DNA from: Prevotella sp. | Lineage (GTDB): Bacteria > Bacteroidota > Bacteroidia > Bacteroidales > Dysgonomonadaceae | DNA length: 64,000 bases | Assembly (NCBI GenBank): GCA_031285905.1 | Contig: JAITVH010000122.1 | Span: forward strand, 51,823-115,822 | Direction: 5' to 3' | Part shown: positions 1 to 10,724 of the stretch, piece by piece | Position numbering within the stretch: position 1 is the first letter of the stretch | Layout: every line of letters begins with the position of its first letter | Program-made: the position numbers and the translations under genes | Notes under the pieces: generated by a model | The model's database searches: none | The model's input: the letters and a program-made list of their open reading frames with translations, nothing else | Told to the model about the DNA's origin: nothing

Positions 1-737
1 GCTCCAAATATCCGTTTAAATCGTTTCTCAAATCCCGACACCGTATAATTCAAATCTTGAGCCAGTTCGGTTACCGATTTATATTTATATGCATTTTGGA
101 TTATGAATGAAGCAAATTCACTGCTGCCATTTAATATTTGATTAAAGAACCGGTTTAACTTCTCTTTTGGATAAAAGCACCTGAATATATAAAACAATTC
201 TTTGACTTTTATAGAATAAAAAAACTTACATTTCAACCCTACCGTTATACATTGCTCCAGGAAATTTAAGTATTGTTCCATAACATCGTTGATCTCTAAT
301 GTATTCGGCATGCTTTCCTGAGAGGTAAAACCTTCAATGTCATTTATAACTATATCTTTTGTTGTATCTGAGCCAGCACCCGGGTTGCCCGGTTCCTCCT
401 TACAAGGAAATCTCGCAAGATCTTCAAAATCAAAATTATCACAGAATTGTGTACTTTCACGCATACACATCAGAAGTAAAGTAGATTGTTCTAATGCTTT
501 ACACTTAAACAGATAGTCAGAAGGGAGATAAAATATCTGTTTCTTATTAATTGAACAATCGGAGAATTTTCCATAAGAAAATTTAATCTCTCCATTTAAC
601 AGGAAGACCAGCTTATTTTCTAAAGGCAAGTTTTCCCATGGCTCATCTTTATCAATCGAAACCAACTCGACCATAGGCCTTTTATGATCTTCATAATTGA
701 CACATCCTAAGTGTTCTCTTTTGTATAAAAGTTCCAT
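1..737 (-). CDS. AraC-family transcriptional regulator (runs off the window edge; not in the ORF track)
   Basis: Manual translation from ATG at 737: MELLYKREHLGCVNYEDHKRPMVEL...YKYKSVTELAQDLNYTVSGFEKRFKRIFG. The first AraC HTH lies at the window edge. Confidence 0.85.
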   Translation of the reverse strand, partial: MELLYKREHLGCVNYEDHKRPMVELVSIDKDEPWENLPLENKLVFLLNGEIKFSYGKFSDCSINKKQIFYLPSDYLFKCKALEQSTLLLMCMRESTQFCDNFDFEDLARFPCKEEPGNPGAGSDTTKDIVINDIEGFTSQESMPNTLEINDVMEQYLNFLEQCITVGLKCKFFYSIKVKELFYIFRCFYPKEKLNRFFNQILNGSSEFASFIIQNAYKYKSVTELAQDLNYTVSGFEKRFKRIFG

Positions 738-787
738 AACATGCAATTTATGCTGTGTATCACAAGCGTTTGTAGTTTATTTATTAT

Positions 788-808
788 GGTTGCTTACAGG
801 ACGCAACC
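788..808 (-). promoter_or_regulatory. Conserved leader hairpin upstream of AraC gene (copy 1)
   Basis: GGTTGC-ttacaggac-GCAACC inverted repeat ~50 nt upstream of the ATG; near-identical copy at 1931-1951. Confidence 0.5.
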
Positions 809-1329
809 TAGTAGCTAGTTTACAATTATTTCTTGCCAAAAAAGTTACATTCTAATTGAATATATATATAGAGATATATTTAATAAATCATGTTTATTAT
901 ATCCAACTTACTGTAGATTTTATTTCTATATTTTCCGGCAAAAACAAAAGGATAGGCTCACTTTTTTCAATAAAAGTGAAAAAGATAGTAAAAATACCCT
1001 CTGCGCAAATCTATTTTTGATCCGCAAGCCTAGTTTGTAATAATAAAATATTAAGAAGCCTTTTCATATTAGTGTCTTAGAACTGTGATTTTATTGTCTT
1101 ATATAGGTACGTCTACCTTCTTCAAAATATCCGGCTATTCTTTTCTTAACTTATTTAAGACAAAAATATGCAAAACTTTAAAACGGATCGTTCCATATTA
1201 TCTGCCAATTTTTCAAGATTTACACCATTTTCTTTATTTGGTTTTAGGTCTTACTATATTCCCTTAAAATTATAAATAGTACAATTCACTTACTTTTGAT
1301 GAATGCTTAATAAAAGAACCTTTAAGCTG

Positions 1330-1874
1330 GTTTGATGATAAAAATATCTGAATATTATAGAACGATCCTCCTTTTTCATGATAGAGGGAAGCTTATGCTT
1401 TAACCTCTTTGTAAGATTTTGTTTTCCAAATTTAAATACTGCTCCACAGCATCACAGCTCATAGTGCATCTGAGATATGATCTTCGAACAGACACACACT
1501 CTCTCAGCTCGTTATAACAGGTGTTTTTTGTTATCCGAGATCTATATTTTTTTTAAGTGCTTAAACTTATAATGATTACCAAACTGCGAATATTCTTCTA
1601 TACACATTGCAAGTAATATAATCTGTTCTGATGATCTACATTCAAGCAAAGTACCTGAAGGTAAGTACAATATTTGTCTTCTATTACTCAGATAGTCTGG
1701 GGATATAATAAAGGGAGAGAGTATTTTCCCTTTTATGGGGAAGAGCCATTTCTCAGCTAAAGGAGAGCTATCCAACGTCTTGTCCTCGTCAATCGAGGGC
1801 ACCCTGATATTAGGTTTTTTGTACTGCTCATAATTGATGCATCTAAAATGCCCTTTCTTGTATAAAAGTTCCAT
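1330..1874 (-). pseudogene. Degenerate tandem paralog of the AraC regulator
   Basis: MELLYKKGHFRCINYE aligns with MELLYKREHLGCVNYE of the 1-737 gene. Stop at 1542; downstream fragments DAVEQYLNL and IIFRYFY match DVMEQYLNF and YIFRCFY. Confidence 0.7.
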
Positions 1875-1930
1875 AGCATACATGTTTATAACGTGTATTA
1901 TAAGTGTTTGAGTCCTTTGATTATCTTCAG

Positions 1931-1951
1931 GGTTGCTTACAGAACGCAACC
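1931..1951 (-). promoter_or_regulatory. Conserved leader hairpin (copy 2)
   Basis: GGTTGCTTACAGAACGCAACC, 20/21 identical to 788-808. Confidence 0.5.
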
Positions 1952-2521
1952 AATAGCTTATTTACATCTAATTATCCTATTCGCTTAGTCAAATAGTTTT
2001 GATGACATTTGTCTCTTGCCATCTGTATTTTCATAGAATCCTGCCTGTATTTATCTTTTAGCAGAAAATTCAATATGAAACCATCTTGTGAAAATGAATG
2101 TGTAATGATGAGTCTCATCAAACATATTCACTGATTTTGTGAAAATATAAGAAACCGACAAGTTAAAAACAATATATTAGAACCGTAGACTCTTATAATT
2201 GATTTCCCCTCCTGTGAGTCTTTAGTACTAAAACTAAACATCTTTGCATGTAACGAATGTGGAACTCATCTAATGTTAATTTTCGGTGGCTAATTTAAGA
2301 CCAGATATTAGAGCTAAAATAAATTCATCCAGAAGAGATCATCCATCGTTACAGAATTATGTTGCAATATACGTATTTTTTAATAATATACTCTGAGCCT
2401 GTTAAAATTTTATACAAATATTTTGTTATACCTTTCGTTTTGTTCATTTTTGACTTGCTTTCGGTTATTGCTTTTCTTTCGTTCGGGTGGGATAGCCCGC
2501 CATTTAAAGTCCTATTCACAT

Positions 2522-2567
2522 AAAAAGAAAATAGAAGCAGTAAATAACCACCTCTATTCTCTTTTTT
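2522..2567 (-). terminator. Intrinsic terminator after the outer-membrane barrel gene
   Basis: Minus strand GAGAATAGAGGTGGT-loop-ACTGCTTCTATTTTC followed by a T tract. Confidence 0.65.
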
Positions 2568-2594
2568 GTTTATATTGTTAATTAAGATATCAAA

Positions 2595-4373
2595 TTAGAA
2601 TTTGAATGCTACTCCTCCCAATGCGTTAAATGTCTGTAATGGGTAACCATATTGTAGTTCATATTTTTGAGAGAACACATTGTTTAACCGTACATTTACC
2701 GATATCCAATCCATAATCTGGTATTCGGCTCTCAGGTTAAGTTCGTTAATATCTTTCATGCTGACAATGGATTGTTCTCCCACAACAAGACTATGTGACA
2801 AAGCCTTTCTTCCGCCTGCATACAGATAATTGAGAGACAGGGTAAGTTTATCTATCGGTCTTACATCTGCATTCAATTGAGCAGTAAAAGCAGGACGACC
2901 AAAAGCTTTATCAAAATCACTATTCTTAACATCATAGAAAAAGCCTGTAATCTTTGCAGATAAGTCTGTAGCCGGAATCAGAGTCGTTTTAAGAGCTCCT
3001 CCAATATGTCCTGTCGAGATATCGGCATAGATAGGTGTACCTACATTTCCCCATGACGGATCTGTAGGGGCTAACGCATTATAGGAGGTAGTTGCTATAT
3101 ATAAATGATCGTCATCTGTCTTTTTATATCCTGCAAACAGATCAAATTCAAAACCCGAAATGACACCCGATTTGAATCCAACCTTAGCATCAAACAACGT
3201 TTTTGAATAATGCACGCGCCCCATGTAATTTACATATCTGTTTTCCTGCAAAATGTCTAAAAATGTATTGTTATTTACTCCTCCGGTCACTTCCCCATAA
3301 AGCACATTTACATCATATATTCTGGCCTCAGCTTTTATATTCGGAGACACATGAAGCTTATTTTTTACATCGAATAACGCGCTCGCATTCAATCCCAGAT
3401 CTATATTCCAACTATCGCCCTCCATCTTGAAATAAGGAGTTGCTGTAACATTGGAGAATGAGTGATAAGCGGTATCTCCCAAATAAAAATCATCTTTGTT
3501 GCTATACGTTTGATTCATCAATGATGCTTTTATACCTATCAGCTTATCAGAATCAAATGCAGCTCCGAATTCCAGTCCCAGATCAAACTGACCGCCTTTA
3601 GGCCCTTTCTCTTCCGGCGCTATGCCGTATTTACTCTTGAAGTTTTGATAGTTGACAGTGGCGTTGTATTTCAGTTCTCCCTGATTATTGTCACTGGACT
3701 TCAATCCTGCATTGAAGCTAAAAACATCTACATTCTGCTTCGATGTAATATCATAGGGGAAAGCTGAAATTTCAGGAGTAAGGAAAGTGTTACCATAATA
3801 ATTATAAGATGTATTATAGAATGATCCCCCTAGAGTCAGTACGGACGGCTCAAATGTATGCTGATATTTCAGATTAATATCCAAAGCTGAATATTTAGCT
3901 TTGGCATCCTTGTAGATATATTTGTTGCCATCTATAAAATCTACCGTTCCGCTAGTTGCTCCATATGTGCCAAACAAGTCTAAGCGATCATTTGTAGCGT
4001 TAACGATTCTGACACCCGCAGCTCCATCAAGATTGCCATGTGTACCGGCAGCAAAATTAAGATAGCCACGTTTTTTACTATAATCTATATTCGTCCGTAT
4101 ATCTCCAGACTGCGCACTCCCTATCTGGCTGTTATCCACTTTCACTTGGGGAGTAGTACTTATAAAGTTAAATTCCTTACCTTTTATTACAGGTGTGTAA
4201 ATGGATGGAGTAGTATTCACCTTTGATGCCCCCTGTAGGGTAGGATTGTATTCACGTTCCAACAAGACCTGTCGATTCATGGCAGAGTCACTTCTGTTGG
4301 TTTGGGCTACAGCGCTCAGGCTAACTATAACCGAACTAATTAAAAAAATGAATTTATATGTTGTTTTCATCAT
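2595..4373 (-). CDS. Outer-membrane beta-barrel protein (TonB-dependent receptor-like)
   Basis: Signal peptide, amphipathic strands, C-terminal NNVFSQKYE...GGVAFKF ending in Phe; directly downstream of the large TPR gene. Confidence 0.75.
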   Translation of the reverse strand: MMKTTYKFIFLISSVIVSLSAVAQTNRSDSAMNRQVLLEREYNPTLQGASKVNTTPSIYTPVIKGKEFNFISTTPQVKVDNSQIGSAQSGDIRTNIDYSKKRGYLNFAAGTHGNLDGAAGVRIVNATNDRLDLFGTYGATSGTVDFIDGNKYIYKDAKAKYSALDINLKYQHTFEPSVLTLGGSFYNTSYNYYGNTFLTPEISAFPYDITSKQNVDVFSFNAGLKSSDNNQGELKYNATVNYQNFKSKYGIAPEEKGPKGGQFDLGLEFGAAFDSDKLIGIKASLMNQTYSNKDDFYLGDTAYHSFSNVTATPYFKMEGDSWNIDLGLNASALFDVKNKLHVSPNIKAEARIYDVNVLYGEVTGGVNNNTFLDILQENRYVNYMGRVHYSKTLFDAKVGFKSGVISGFEFDLFAGYKKTDDDHLYIATTSYNALAPTDPSWGNVGTPIYADISTGHIGGALKTTLIPATDLSAKITGFFYDVKNSDFDKAFGRPAFTAQLNADVRPIDKLTLSLNYLYAGGRKALSHSLVVGEQSIVSMKDINELNLRAEYQIMDWISVNVRLNNVFSQKYELQYGYPLQTFNALGGVAFKF

Positions 4374-4404
4374 TATTCTTTTTTCTGTATTATACTATCC
4401 GTTA

Positions 4405-7404
4405 TTAGTTTCTCAATGCTGCAATGCGTGTTGAAATCATTTCTTTTATATCAGCCTCTGTCCCTTTATAGTTTGCCTGCAAACTTTCGAGATACTGACG
4501 TGCCTGGAATTTGTCACTCTTTGCCACATAAACATCAGATAAGAGAATAATCGCACGCGCAAGCCAATACTGATGGGAAGTACCTTCCTTCATAAAGCCT
4601 AGCACCTGTTTTTCTGCATTATCATACGACTTCATTTGGTAGTAAGCATCTGCCAGTAGATAGTTAGACTCTGCTCCAAAAGCCGTACGGGTGTCTTTGG
4701 CTACTTCTCTAAGGTCAGTCAAAGCTTTCTCCATTTGCCCAAGGTTCTTAAGTGACTGCCCTCTGTAGAAACGTGCCTCATTTTTCACTTCGCCAGACAG
4801 GTTAGCTTCGTTCAACAGGTTATCCGCTGCACTGACCACTTCATTGTCTTTTTTCATCAGATACGCACTACGGAGCATACCAAGGCGTCCGATGTCTTTG
4901 TTCTCTTTGGTACTGGCAACCATACTCAAATGGTCATATGCTGCATAAGCCGCTTCATAATTCTTCTTATCGAATTCGATACCCGATACTATTATCAAGG
5001 CCTCATTCATATACTTGCGGTTATTGGAATTAACCACCATTTTGAGGTGTTCCAATGCCGGATCGAAATTCTTGTTATCAAATGCCATGTTACCTAAATA
5101 GAAGTGTGCATCGCTGGCAAATACCCCGTTAGGATATGATTGAAGATATTTGTTAAATGCCCCTACTGCTTCCTCTTTACGGTTTTTCATATATACATTT
5201 TCAGCAGCAAGATAAGTCAAAGTATCCTGGCGGCTGGATGATAATATAGTTCCTCTACCAAGGGAGTTTACATAAGAAGCATACGAGTTTATATCATTTA
5301 TATCCTTATATACCGCCTCAAGGCTTTGTATGGCTGTGCGAGCCTCTTCCGAATTAGGATTGTTGCTCACAACTTTCTTATATGCCTCTATCGATTTTTG
5401 AGGATTATTGGTATTGAAATATAATTGCCCTAATTGAATTCCGGCTTCTTGTGCAAGATTTGAACGGGAATAATCGCGCAACAACCGTTCAAGCTCTGTA
5501 ATGGCTTCCGATTCCCTGTCCATCATTACCAGCGCCCTGCTCTTCTCAAATAATGCATCATCGTAATATTCCGAACTTGGGAACCTTGACATCATGTTAT
5601 TCAATGCGGCGATCTTTCCGGCATAATTGCGTTGCATACCCAGCACAAATGCTTTTTGAAATTCGGCATAGTCTGCGTTTTTAGGGTTGACGCTTGCAGC
5701 CTGAGAATAATAGGTTTCGGCCTGTGAAAAGTTTCGGTTGTATAGATAACAGTCACCGATACGGTTCAGCGCATCCGAATAAGTGAGTGACTGGTGATTT
5801 TTCTCAGCCGAAGTATATTTTCTGAAACTATTGAGCGCCTTGTTATAATTCTTTACATTAAACTCAGTATAGGCAAGATTATAGAGGGCTATCGCATAAT
5901 TTTCTTTCGTTTGGGGTGCATTCGATACATAAGATGTATAATCACGTGCAGCAGACTGATAATCGCCACGTTTGTAGAAAGCCTCGCCACGCCAGAAATA
6001 GGATTCGTTTCTGACTTCGGTATTATAATTACCTAATGTAATTGTATTATTGAATTGATTGATTGCATTATCATACTTACCGTCAATGAAATCCTGCACG
6101 CCTAACTGATACATGATAGCTTGTTTAGCGTCCAATATCTGTCTCCCCGGTGACTTAATAGAGTTAATGGCAGATAAAGCCATAGTATAATTCTTTGAAG
6201 ACAATAAAGTACTTGCCAGAGCCTCATTTACTTCATCCGTATATCTGGAATTCGGATATTGGGTAAGAAAACGTTGAGATGCCGTAATTGCCTCCCCGAA
6301 ACCGGAAGCACCATTACGGTTCATCAACATTACAAAGTTGTAAAGAGCTTCTTCACTGATTGTGCGGTCGAAGCTTACACGTGAAGCTGCTTCAAATGCC
6401 ATGATAGCATTGGGCGTATCATTAATTTTAATATACGACTGGCCGAGGAGCATATATCCTGCCTGTCCCAGCAGATCGTCAGTAGAAGCTACATGCTTTA
6501 GTGCATTTACGGTTTTAGAATATGCTCCTGTCTGATAATAAGCCTCTGCCAGCTGATACATATCGTTGCGGAAAGGCTTATTGGTACTTTCCACATAGCG
6601 CTCATAGCTGTTTATAGCGCTCGATGTATTTCCCAGACGGTAATAACTATTTCCTAATAACCGGTAAACTTCTATGGAGTTCACATTGTTCGGATACGCC
6701 GACAGATAATCCTGCCCTTCCGAGATTGTTCCATTCAGGTCATTTTGTAGAAATGCAGATTGAATAAGGAAAAAAGATGCCGGTTCTTTGTACTCCGGTT
6801 TCGCTTTTAACCGACGGAATATCGGAACAGCCTGTTCATATTCGCCATCCTGGAAATTGGCGTAAGCCAGATAGTAGGAAGCCGGCTCACTATATTTGCC
6901 ACTATTGCGGGTTAGTAATCCGAAAAGCCGTTTGGCATCGTCTCTGCTCCCTGCCTGAAGGTTTGCATAGGCAAGCCTGTAGCTATAATCTTCCTGCTCC
7001 GACAGGCTCAGATAATCCATATCGGATTGTGAAAACCAATACAAAGCATTGCCCCAGTCTTTTTGGGCAAAATATGTTGATCCTATAAAAAAGGTTAGTT
7101 GATTACGGTGATAAGTTTCAGGATATTTTTTCAGGTACTTCTCCAGCAAATCCTTTGAATCCTCTTTACCCATATAATACATGGAACCGACAATCATATA
7201 TTCGGCTTCCTGTATCTCTTTTTTGTCTTTTGTCTTTGCCTTAAACTTTTCCAGCGTACTAATACATCCGACATAGTTGTTGTCGAGGAACATTTCTTTA
7301 CCCTGAGAAAAAAGCCTGTCGGGTAATTCCGTATATACGGACTTCTGCGCATAAGCAAATTGCAGACTTAATGCAATACCTAAAGCTACTAACAGTTTTT
7401 TCAT
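4405..7404 (-). CDS. Large periplasmic tetratricopeptide-repeat protein
   Basis: Signal peptide plus continuous TPR repeats over 999 aa. Confidence 0.9.
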   Translation of the reverse strand: MKKLLVALGIALSLQFAYAQKSVYTELPDRLFSQGKEMFLDNNYVGCISTLEKFKAKTKDKKEIQEAEYMIVGSMYYMGKEDSKDLLEKYLKKYPETYHRNQLTFFIGSTYFAQKDWGNALYWFSQSDMDYLSLSEQEDYSYRLAYANLQAGSRDDAKRLFGLLTRNSGKYSEPASYYLAYANFQDGEYEQAVPIFRRLKAKPEYKEPASFFLIQSAFLQNDLNGTISEGQDYLSAYPNNVNSIEVYRLLGNSYYRLGNTSSAINSYERYVESTNKPFRNDMYQLAEAYYQTGAYSKTVNALKHVASTDDLLGQAGYMLLGQSYIKINDTPNAIMAFEAASRVSFDRTISEEALYNFVMLMNRNGASGFGEAITASQRFLTQYPNSRYTDEVNEALASTLLSSKNYTMALSAINSIKSPGRQILDAKQAIMYQLGVQDFIDGKYDNAINQFNNTITLGNYNTEVRNESYFWRGEAFYKRGDYQSAARDYTSYVSNAPQTKENYAIALYNLAYTEFNVKNYNKALNSFRKYTSAEKNHQSLTYSDALNRIGDCYLYNRNFSQAETYYSQAASVNPKNADYAEFQKAFVLGMQRNYAGKIAALNNMMSRFPSSEYYDDALFEKSRALVMMDRESEAITELERLLRDYSRSNLAQEAGIQLGQLYFNTNNPQKSIEAYKKVVSNNPNSEEARTAIQSLEAVYKDINDINSYASYVNSLGRGTILSSSRQDTLTYLAAENVYMKNRKEEAVGAFNKYLQSYPNGVFASDAHFYLGNMAFDNKNFDPALEHLKMVVNSNNRKYMNEALIIVSGIEFDKKNYEAAYAAYDHLSMVASTKENKDIGRLGMLRSAYLMKKDNEVVSAADNLLNEANLSGEVKNEARFYRGQSLKNLGQMEKALTDLREVAKDTRTAFGAESNYLLADAYYQMKSYDNAEKQVLGFMKEGTSHQYWLARAIILLSDVYVAKSDKFQARQYLESLQANYKGTEADIKEMISTRIAALRN

Positions 7405-7922
7405 ATTTTCTTTTTTTGTATTCTTTTTACAATTTCTTTCACCGATGGCAAGCCAAATAAATCGGGATTCAGATCCGCGATTTTTATGTATTGCAAATCA
7501 GCTACATCGTCTTCAGCTCTCAGATTTTCTATATTTTTTACCATACACAGATACACCAGGTCTAAAGTTTGCACCTCAAACCCCGAATAAACATATCTAT
7601 TGGGTATGGAAAACAAATATTCGATATTGGTGACATCCAGATTGGTTTCTTCTTTCACTTCCCGTATAACAGCTTCCTCCCCTGTTTCGTTCATATCGAC
7701 AAATCCGCCAGGAAGGTCTAACGTACCTTTAGCCGGGTCGTGTGCCCGTGTGGCCACAAGCAATTCATCACTATCGTTAATGATCAGGGCAACAGTTGAC
7801 GAAGAAGTGTTATAATAATAAATGAAACCGCAGTTTTCACATCTTTTAGATTTAAAGTTATTTTCTACAAACTTATCCGATCCACATTTTGGGCAATACT
7901 TAAACTGAGATAAAGGATGCAT
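7401..7922 (-). CDS. NUDIX hydrolase with N-terminal zinc ribbon (NudC-like)
   Basis: CPKCG...CENCG zinc ribbon; Nudix box GGFVDMNETGEEAVIREVKEETNL. Confidence 0.9.
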   Translation of the reverse strand: MHPLSQFKYCPKCGSDKFVENNFKSKRCENCGFIYYYNTSSSTVALIINDSDELLVATRAHDPAKGTLDLPGGFVDMNETGEEAVIREVKEETNLDVTNIEYLFSIPNRYVYSGFEVQTLDLVYLCMVKNIENLRAEDDVADLQYIKIADLNPDLFGLPSVKEIVKRIQKKKI

Positions 7923-7970
7923 ATAATTTTTGATTTATAGATTTTGGCACTATTTATTAACAATGTTATA

Positions 7971-8558
7971 CTATTTTTCTTTATTGAATTCCTTTTTATA
8001 TTCTTCGCCAATTATTTCCAATTCGTTATACCATTCTTCTCCAAACTTGCGAATCAGGGGTTCTTTCAGGAACTGATATATCTTAAGACCTTTCTTATTA
8101 CCTAATTGTACGGCAGGTTTACATACCCGCCAACGATGGTAATTTACGGCAGTAAAATCTTTATATCGTTGCAGGCGTATGGGATATAAATGACACGAAA
8201 TGGGCTTATAGAAATCGACTCTGCCTTCGCGGTATGCCTTCTCGATGACACATTTGCAAATGCCTTTCTCATCATAGTATGTGAAAACGCAATCTTTTCC
8301 ATTGATAATGGATGTCACCATCTCTCCATCACTGTCTTTATAAGCAACGCCGGATTCATTAATCACATCCTGAGCTTGGGGAGACAAATCGTTCCAGACC
8401 TCGGGCAACAGGCCTTCAATTATAGTAACTTCTTCGTCTTCGAGCGGAGCGCCGGAGTCTCCTTCTACACAACATTCGCCTTTACAGGCAGACAGGTCGC
8501 ACAAAAAATTCTCTTCTATTATATCTGATGCGATTACTGTATCATCAATCTGAAACAT
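7971..8558 (-). CDS. DUF3109 family Cys-rich protein
   Basis: FLCDLSACKGECCVEGDSGAPL and KPISCHLYPIR motifs. Confidence 0.85.
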   Translation of the reverse strand: MFQIDDTVIASDIIEENFLCDLSACKGECCVEGDSGAPLEDEEVTIIEGLLPEVWNDLSPQAQDVINESGVAYKDSDGEMVTSIINGKDCVFTYYDEKGICKCVIEKAYREGRVDFYKPISCHLYPIRLQRYKDFTAVNYHRWRVCKPAVQLGNKKGLKIYQFLKEPLIRKFGEEWYNELEIIGEEYKKEFNKEK

Positions 8559-8832
8559 TTATATTTCTATTAGTGTCCCTACCGGGTATCTTTTCAAAAA
8601 AAATCGCTATAAAGATAGGCTTTTCAATCCACTTGATAAATATATTTCACGGCTTTTATTGCTTCATTAATATTTGTTAGATAAATAGCAACAAGGCGGA
8701 ATGATATTTCTACAAAACAGGAATAAATATGGAGAATTATATAGTAAATAAAGAAATATCTTTTTCTTATTTGCCTCGTGTCAGAAATTCTCTTATTTTT
8801 GCACTGTCCTAAAAAACTTATGGGACAATAAT

Positions 8833-8904
8833 GGCGCAGTAGTTCAATGGATAGAATAGAAGTTTCCTAAACTTTAGATTCGGGTTCGATTCCCGGCTGT
8901 GCTA
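8833..8904 (+). tRNA. tRNA-Arg (anticodon CCT)
   Basis: Cloverleaf: acceptor GGCGCAG/CTGTGCT, anticodon arm GAAGT-TTCCTAA-ACTTT, T-loop TTCGATT; CCA not encoded. Confidence 0.95.
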
Positions 8905-8909
8905 CTCGA

Positions 8910-8940
8910 AAGCTCGCTTATATAGCGGGCTTTTGTTTTT
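8910..8940 (+). terminator. Terminator after tRNA
   Basis: AAGCTCGCT-tatat-AGCGGGCTT followed by T-rich tail. Confidence 0.7.
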
Positions 8941-9097
8941 GAATCAGCCATAAAAGATCATTTAAGGTACACTATATTATGGTAGCCCTGTAATAGGGAC
9001 TGATATGTAATCCTCATAATTTCATTAATTAACAAAGGACAGCTATTGCCGTCCTTTCTCTTTCTTTATTTACATTTTGTGTATTGCTATTTTATTC

Positions 9098-9649
9098 TCA
9101 TATACTGTAAGTCATGATATCCGTACCGTTAACCTTTTTCACAATTTCTTTTGTATTTCTAAGTATTAATGTGTGACTCCCTTGTTTGCTGTATGAAACA
9201 AATTCTCCATCTGGCGTTTGTTTGTAGACGACAAACATATGCCAGCCCATGTTTGACGGAAGTGAGATAATCACTTTTCTTCCGGACTTCAATTCATCTT
9301 CTATAGTTTGAAAAAGACTATCTATCGGAAAGTTTGCATCCCGGGGTAAATCAAATTTATGGGAAAAAGTAATACCATATAATTCTTTATTGTCAAAGTC
9401 ACTGAAAGAACCATCCGTTTTGTTTTTCCATTCATTTTGCAAGTCGTAAAAATCAATATCTACAACCTTACAATACTTTAGTACTATTTCGACAGTTGAT
9501 GGAATGCAAGAGGGCTCAAAGATTTGATTATGATTATTTACAACATAATCAAGAAAATCATAATTATCGATCTTCTGTGTTTGAGCTTTCAAATGAAAAT
9601 TAGCAGATGTGAATATTATTACAACTATACTCAAAAGAATCTTTTTCAT
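9098..9649 (-). CDS. Secreted hypothetical protein, possible papain-like (C39-like) cysteine peptidase
   Basis: Signal peptide; NQIFEPSCIP and GWHMFVV resemble C39-type Gln/Cys/His motifs. Confidence 0.5.
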   Translation of the reverse strand: MKKILLSIVVIIFTSANFHLKAQTQKIDNYDFLDYVVNNHNQIFEPSCIPSTVEIVLKYCKVVDIDFYDLQNEWKNKTDGSFSDFDNKELYGITFSHKFDLPRDANFPIDSLFQTIEDELKSGRKVIISLPSNMGWHMFVVYKQTPDGEFVSYSKQGSHTLILRNTKEIVKKVNGTDIMTYSI

Positions 9650-10107
9650 AATTAGAATTTATTTTTGAAATTTTTATTGTTTTATATTTTATATGCTAAA
9701 ATATTTGCGATAACGGTAAGTATCTTGTACGCATATCTATATAAATAGATTAACTCAACGCTAAGTTAATATAATTTTTTATAATATTGACATTGAATGA
9801 AAGTTCACGTTTTGACTTTACTAAAACTTAAGCGTGATGCTCCAGTAACCCCTCACTTACATTTCTCCACCGGTTTTGCTCTTGCAATTTAGACAGGATA
9901 AGATTTATGCCAACCATGAACCCCTTCCTTATAAAAAGTACCAGCATCAACTTCATTTATTTTACATGTATCAATTGCATAATCAGTTTTCATCACCATT
10001 CTTTAAAATCATCAATTGTATATTCCTCTATCAGTTGTTTTATTTCTTCGTTTATGAGTTATTAATTAAAAAAATGTTATTTTTGAAAAGAAATATTCTG
10101 TATTATT

Positions 10108-10521
10108 ATGAGGTATATTCTTTTATTAGCATTGTGCTTATCCTTTGCATTATCAACTGTAGCCCAGACTGGAGATTCAAATACGATGTCTAGCCAAGAT
10201 TCTATTAAAGCTGGCCTTAAAGTTAAAATGCCAATATTTGAAGGAGGTGAGGAGAGACTGATAACTTATATAAGCACATTTCTAAGATATCCGGATGACG
10301 CCGTTAAAGACAGCATACAAGGTAGAGTTCTTGTAGAATTTATGATAACCAAAACAGGTAAGGTAACAAATGCAAAAGTATTAAAAGGAATATCTCCTTC
10401 TTGTAATAAAGAAGCTGTTAGAGTCGTTTCCTCAATGCCTGATTGGATACCTGGAGAGTACAAAGGAGAACCGGTGAATGTAATATTTAAAATACCCATA
10501 CTTTTCAGCCTTAAGCCCTAA
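10108..10521 (+). CDS. TonB C-terminal domain protein
   Basis: MPIFEGG...YPDDAVKDSIQGRVLVEFMITKTGKV...EAVRVVSSMPDWIPG. Confidence 0.9.
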   Translation: MRYILLLALCLSFALSTVAQTGDSNTMSSQDSIKAGLKVKMPIFEGGEERLITYISTFLRYPDDAVKDSIQGRVLVEFMITKTGKVTNAKVLKGISPSCNKEAVRVVSSMPDWIPGEYKGEPVNVIFKIPILFSLKP

Positions 10522-10724
10522 AACTTTTCATTATTATGTTTATTAGTATTGGTTATAGTTATCCCGATATTTATCTTTATTCCCAAAGAATCGATAACAT
10601 TTAATTATTATATTGTAATTATTGCAATATTATAATTGTTTTCTTTACTATATCACGTGCTTTCGAATAGTCGTTTTTTCAATAATTTCACGAAAAAGTA
10701 GTATAAAATATTAGTTCAATTCTT

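Noticed and set aside
2095-2130. Imperfect palindrome centred on TGATGAG-T-CTCATCA
   Set aside because: Single occurrence with no linked gene or second copy; cannot be distinguished from chance
9700-9720. CCGTTATCGCAA (minus strand) resembling a gene-cassette boundary upstream of the 9098-9649 gene
   Set aside because: No partner inverted half-site or cassette array found
9876-10193. 105-aa ORF and similar short ORFs (e.g. 1085-1267, 39485-39682, 40292-40894)
   Set aside because: Low-complexity AT-rich or antisense shadow frames overlapping better-supported genes or promoters
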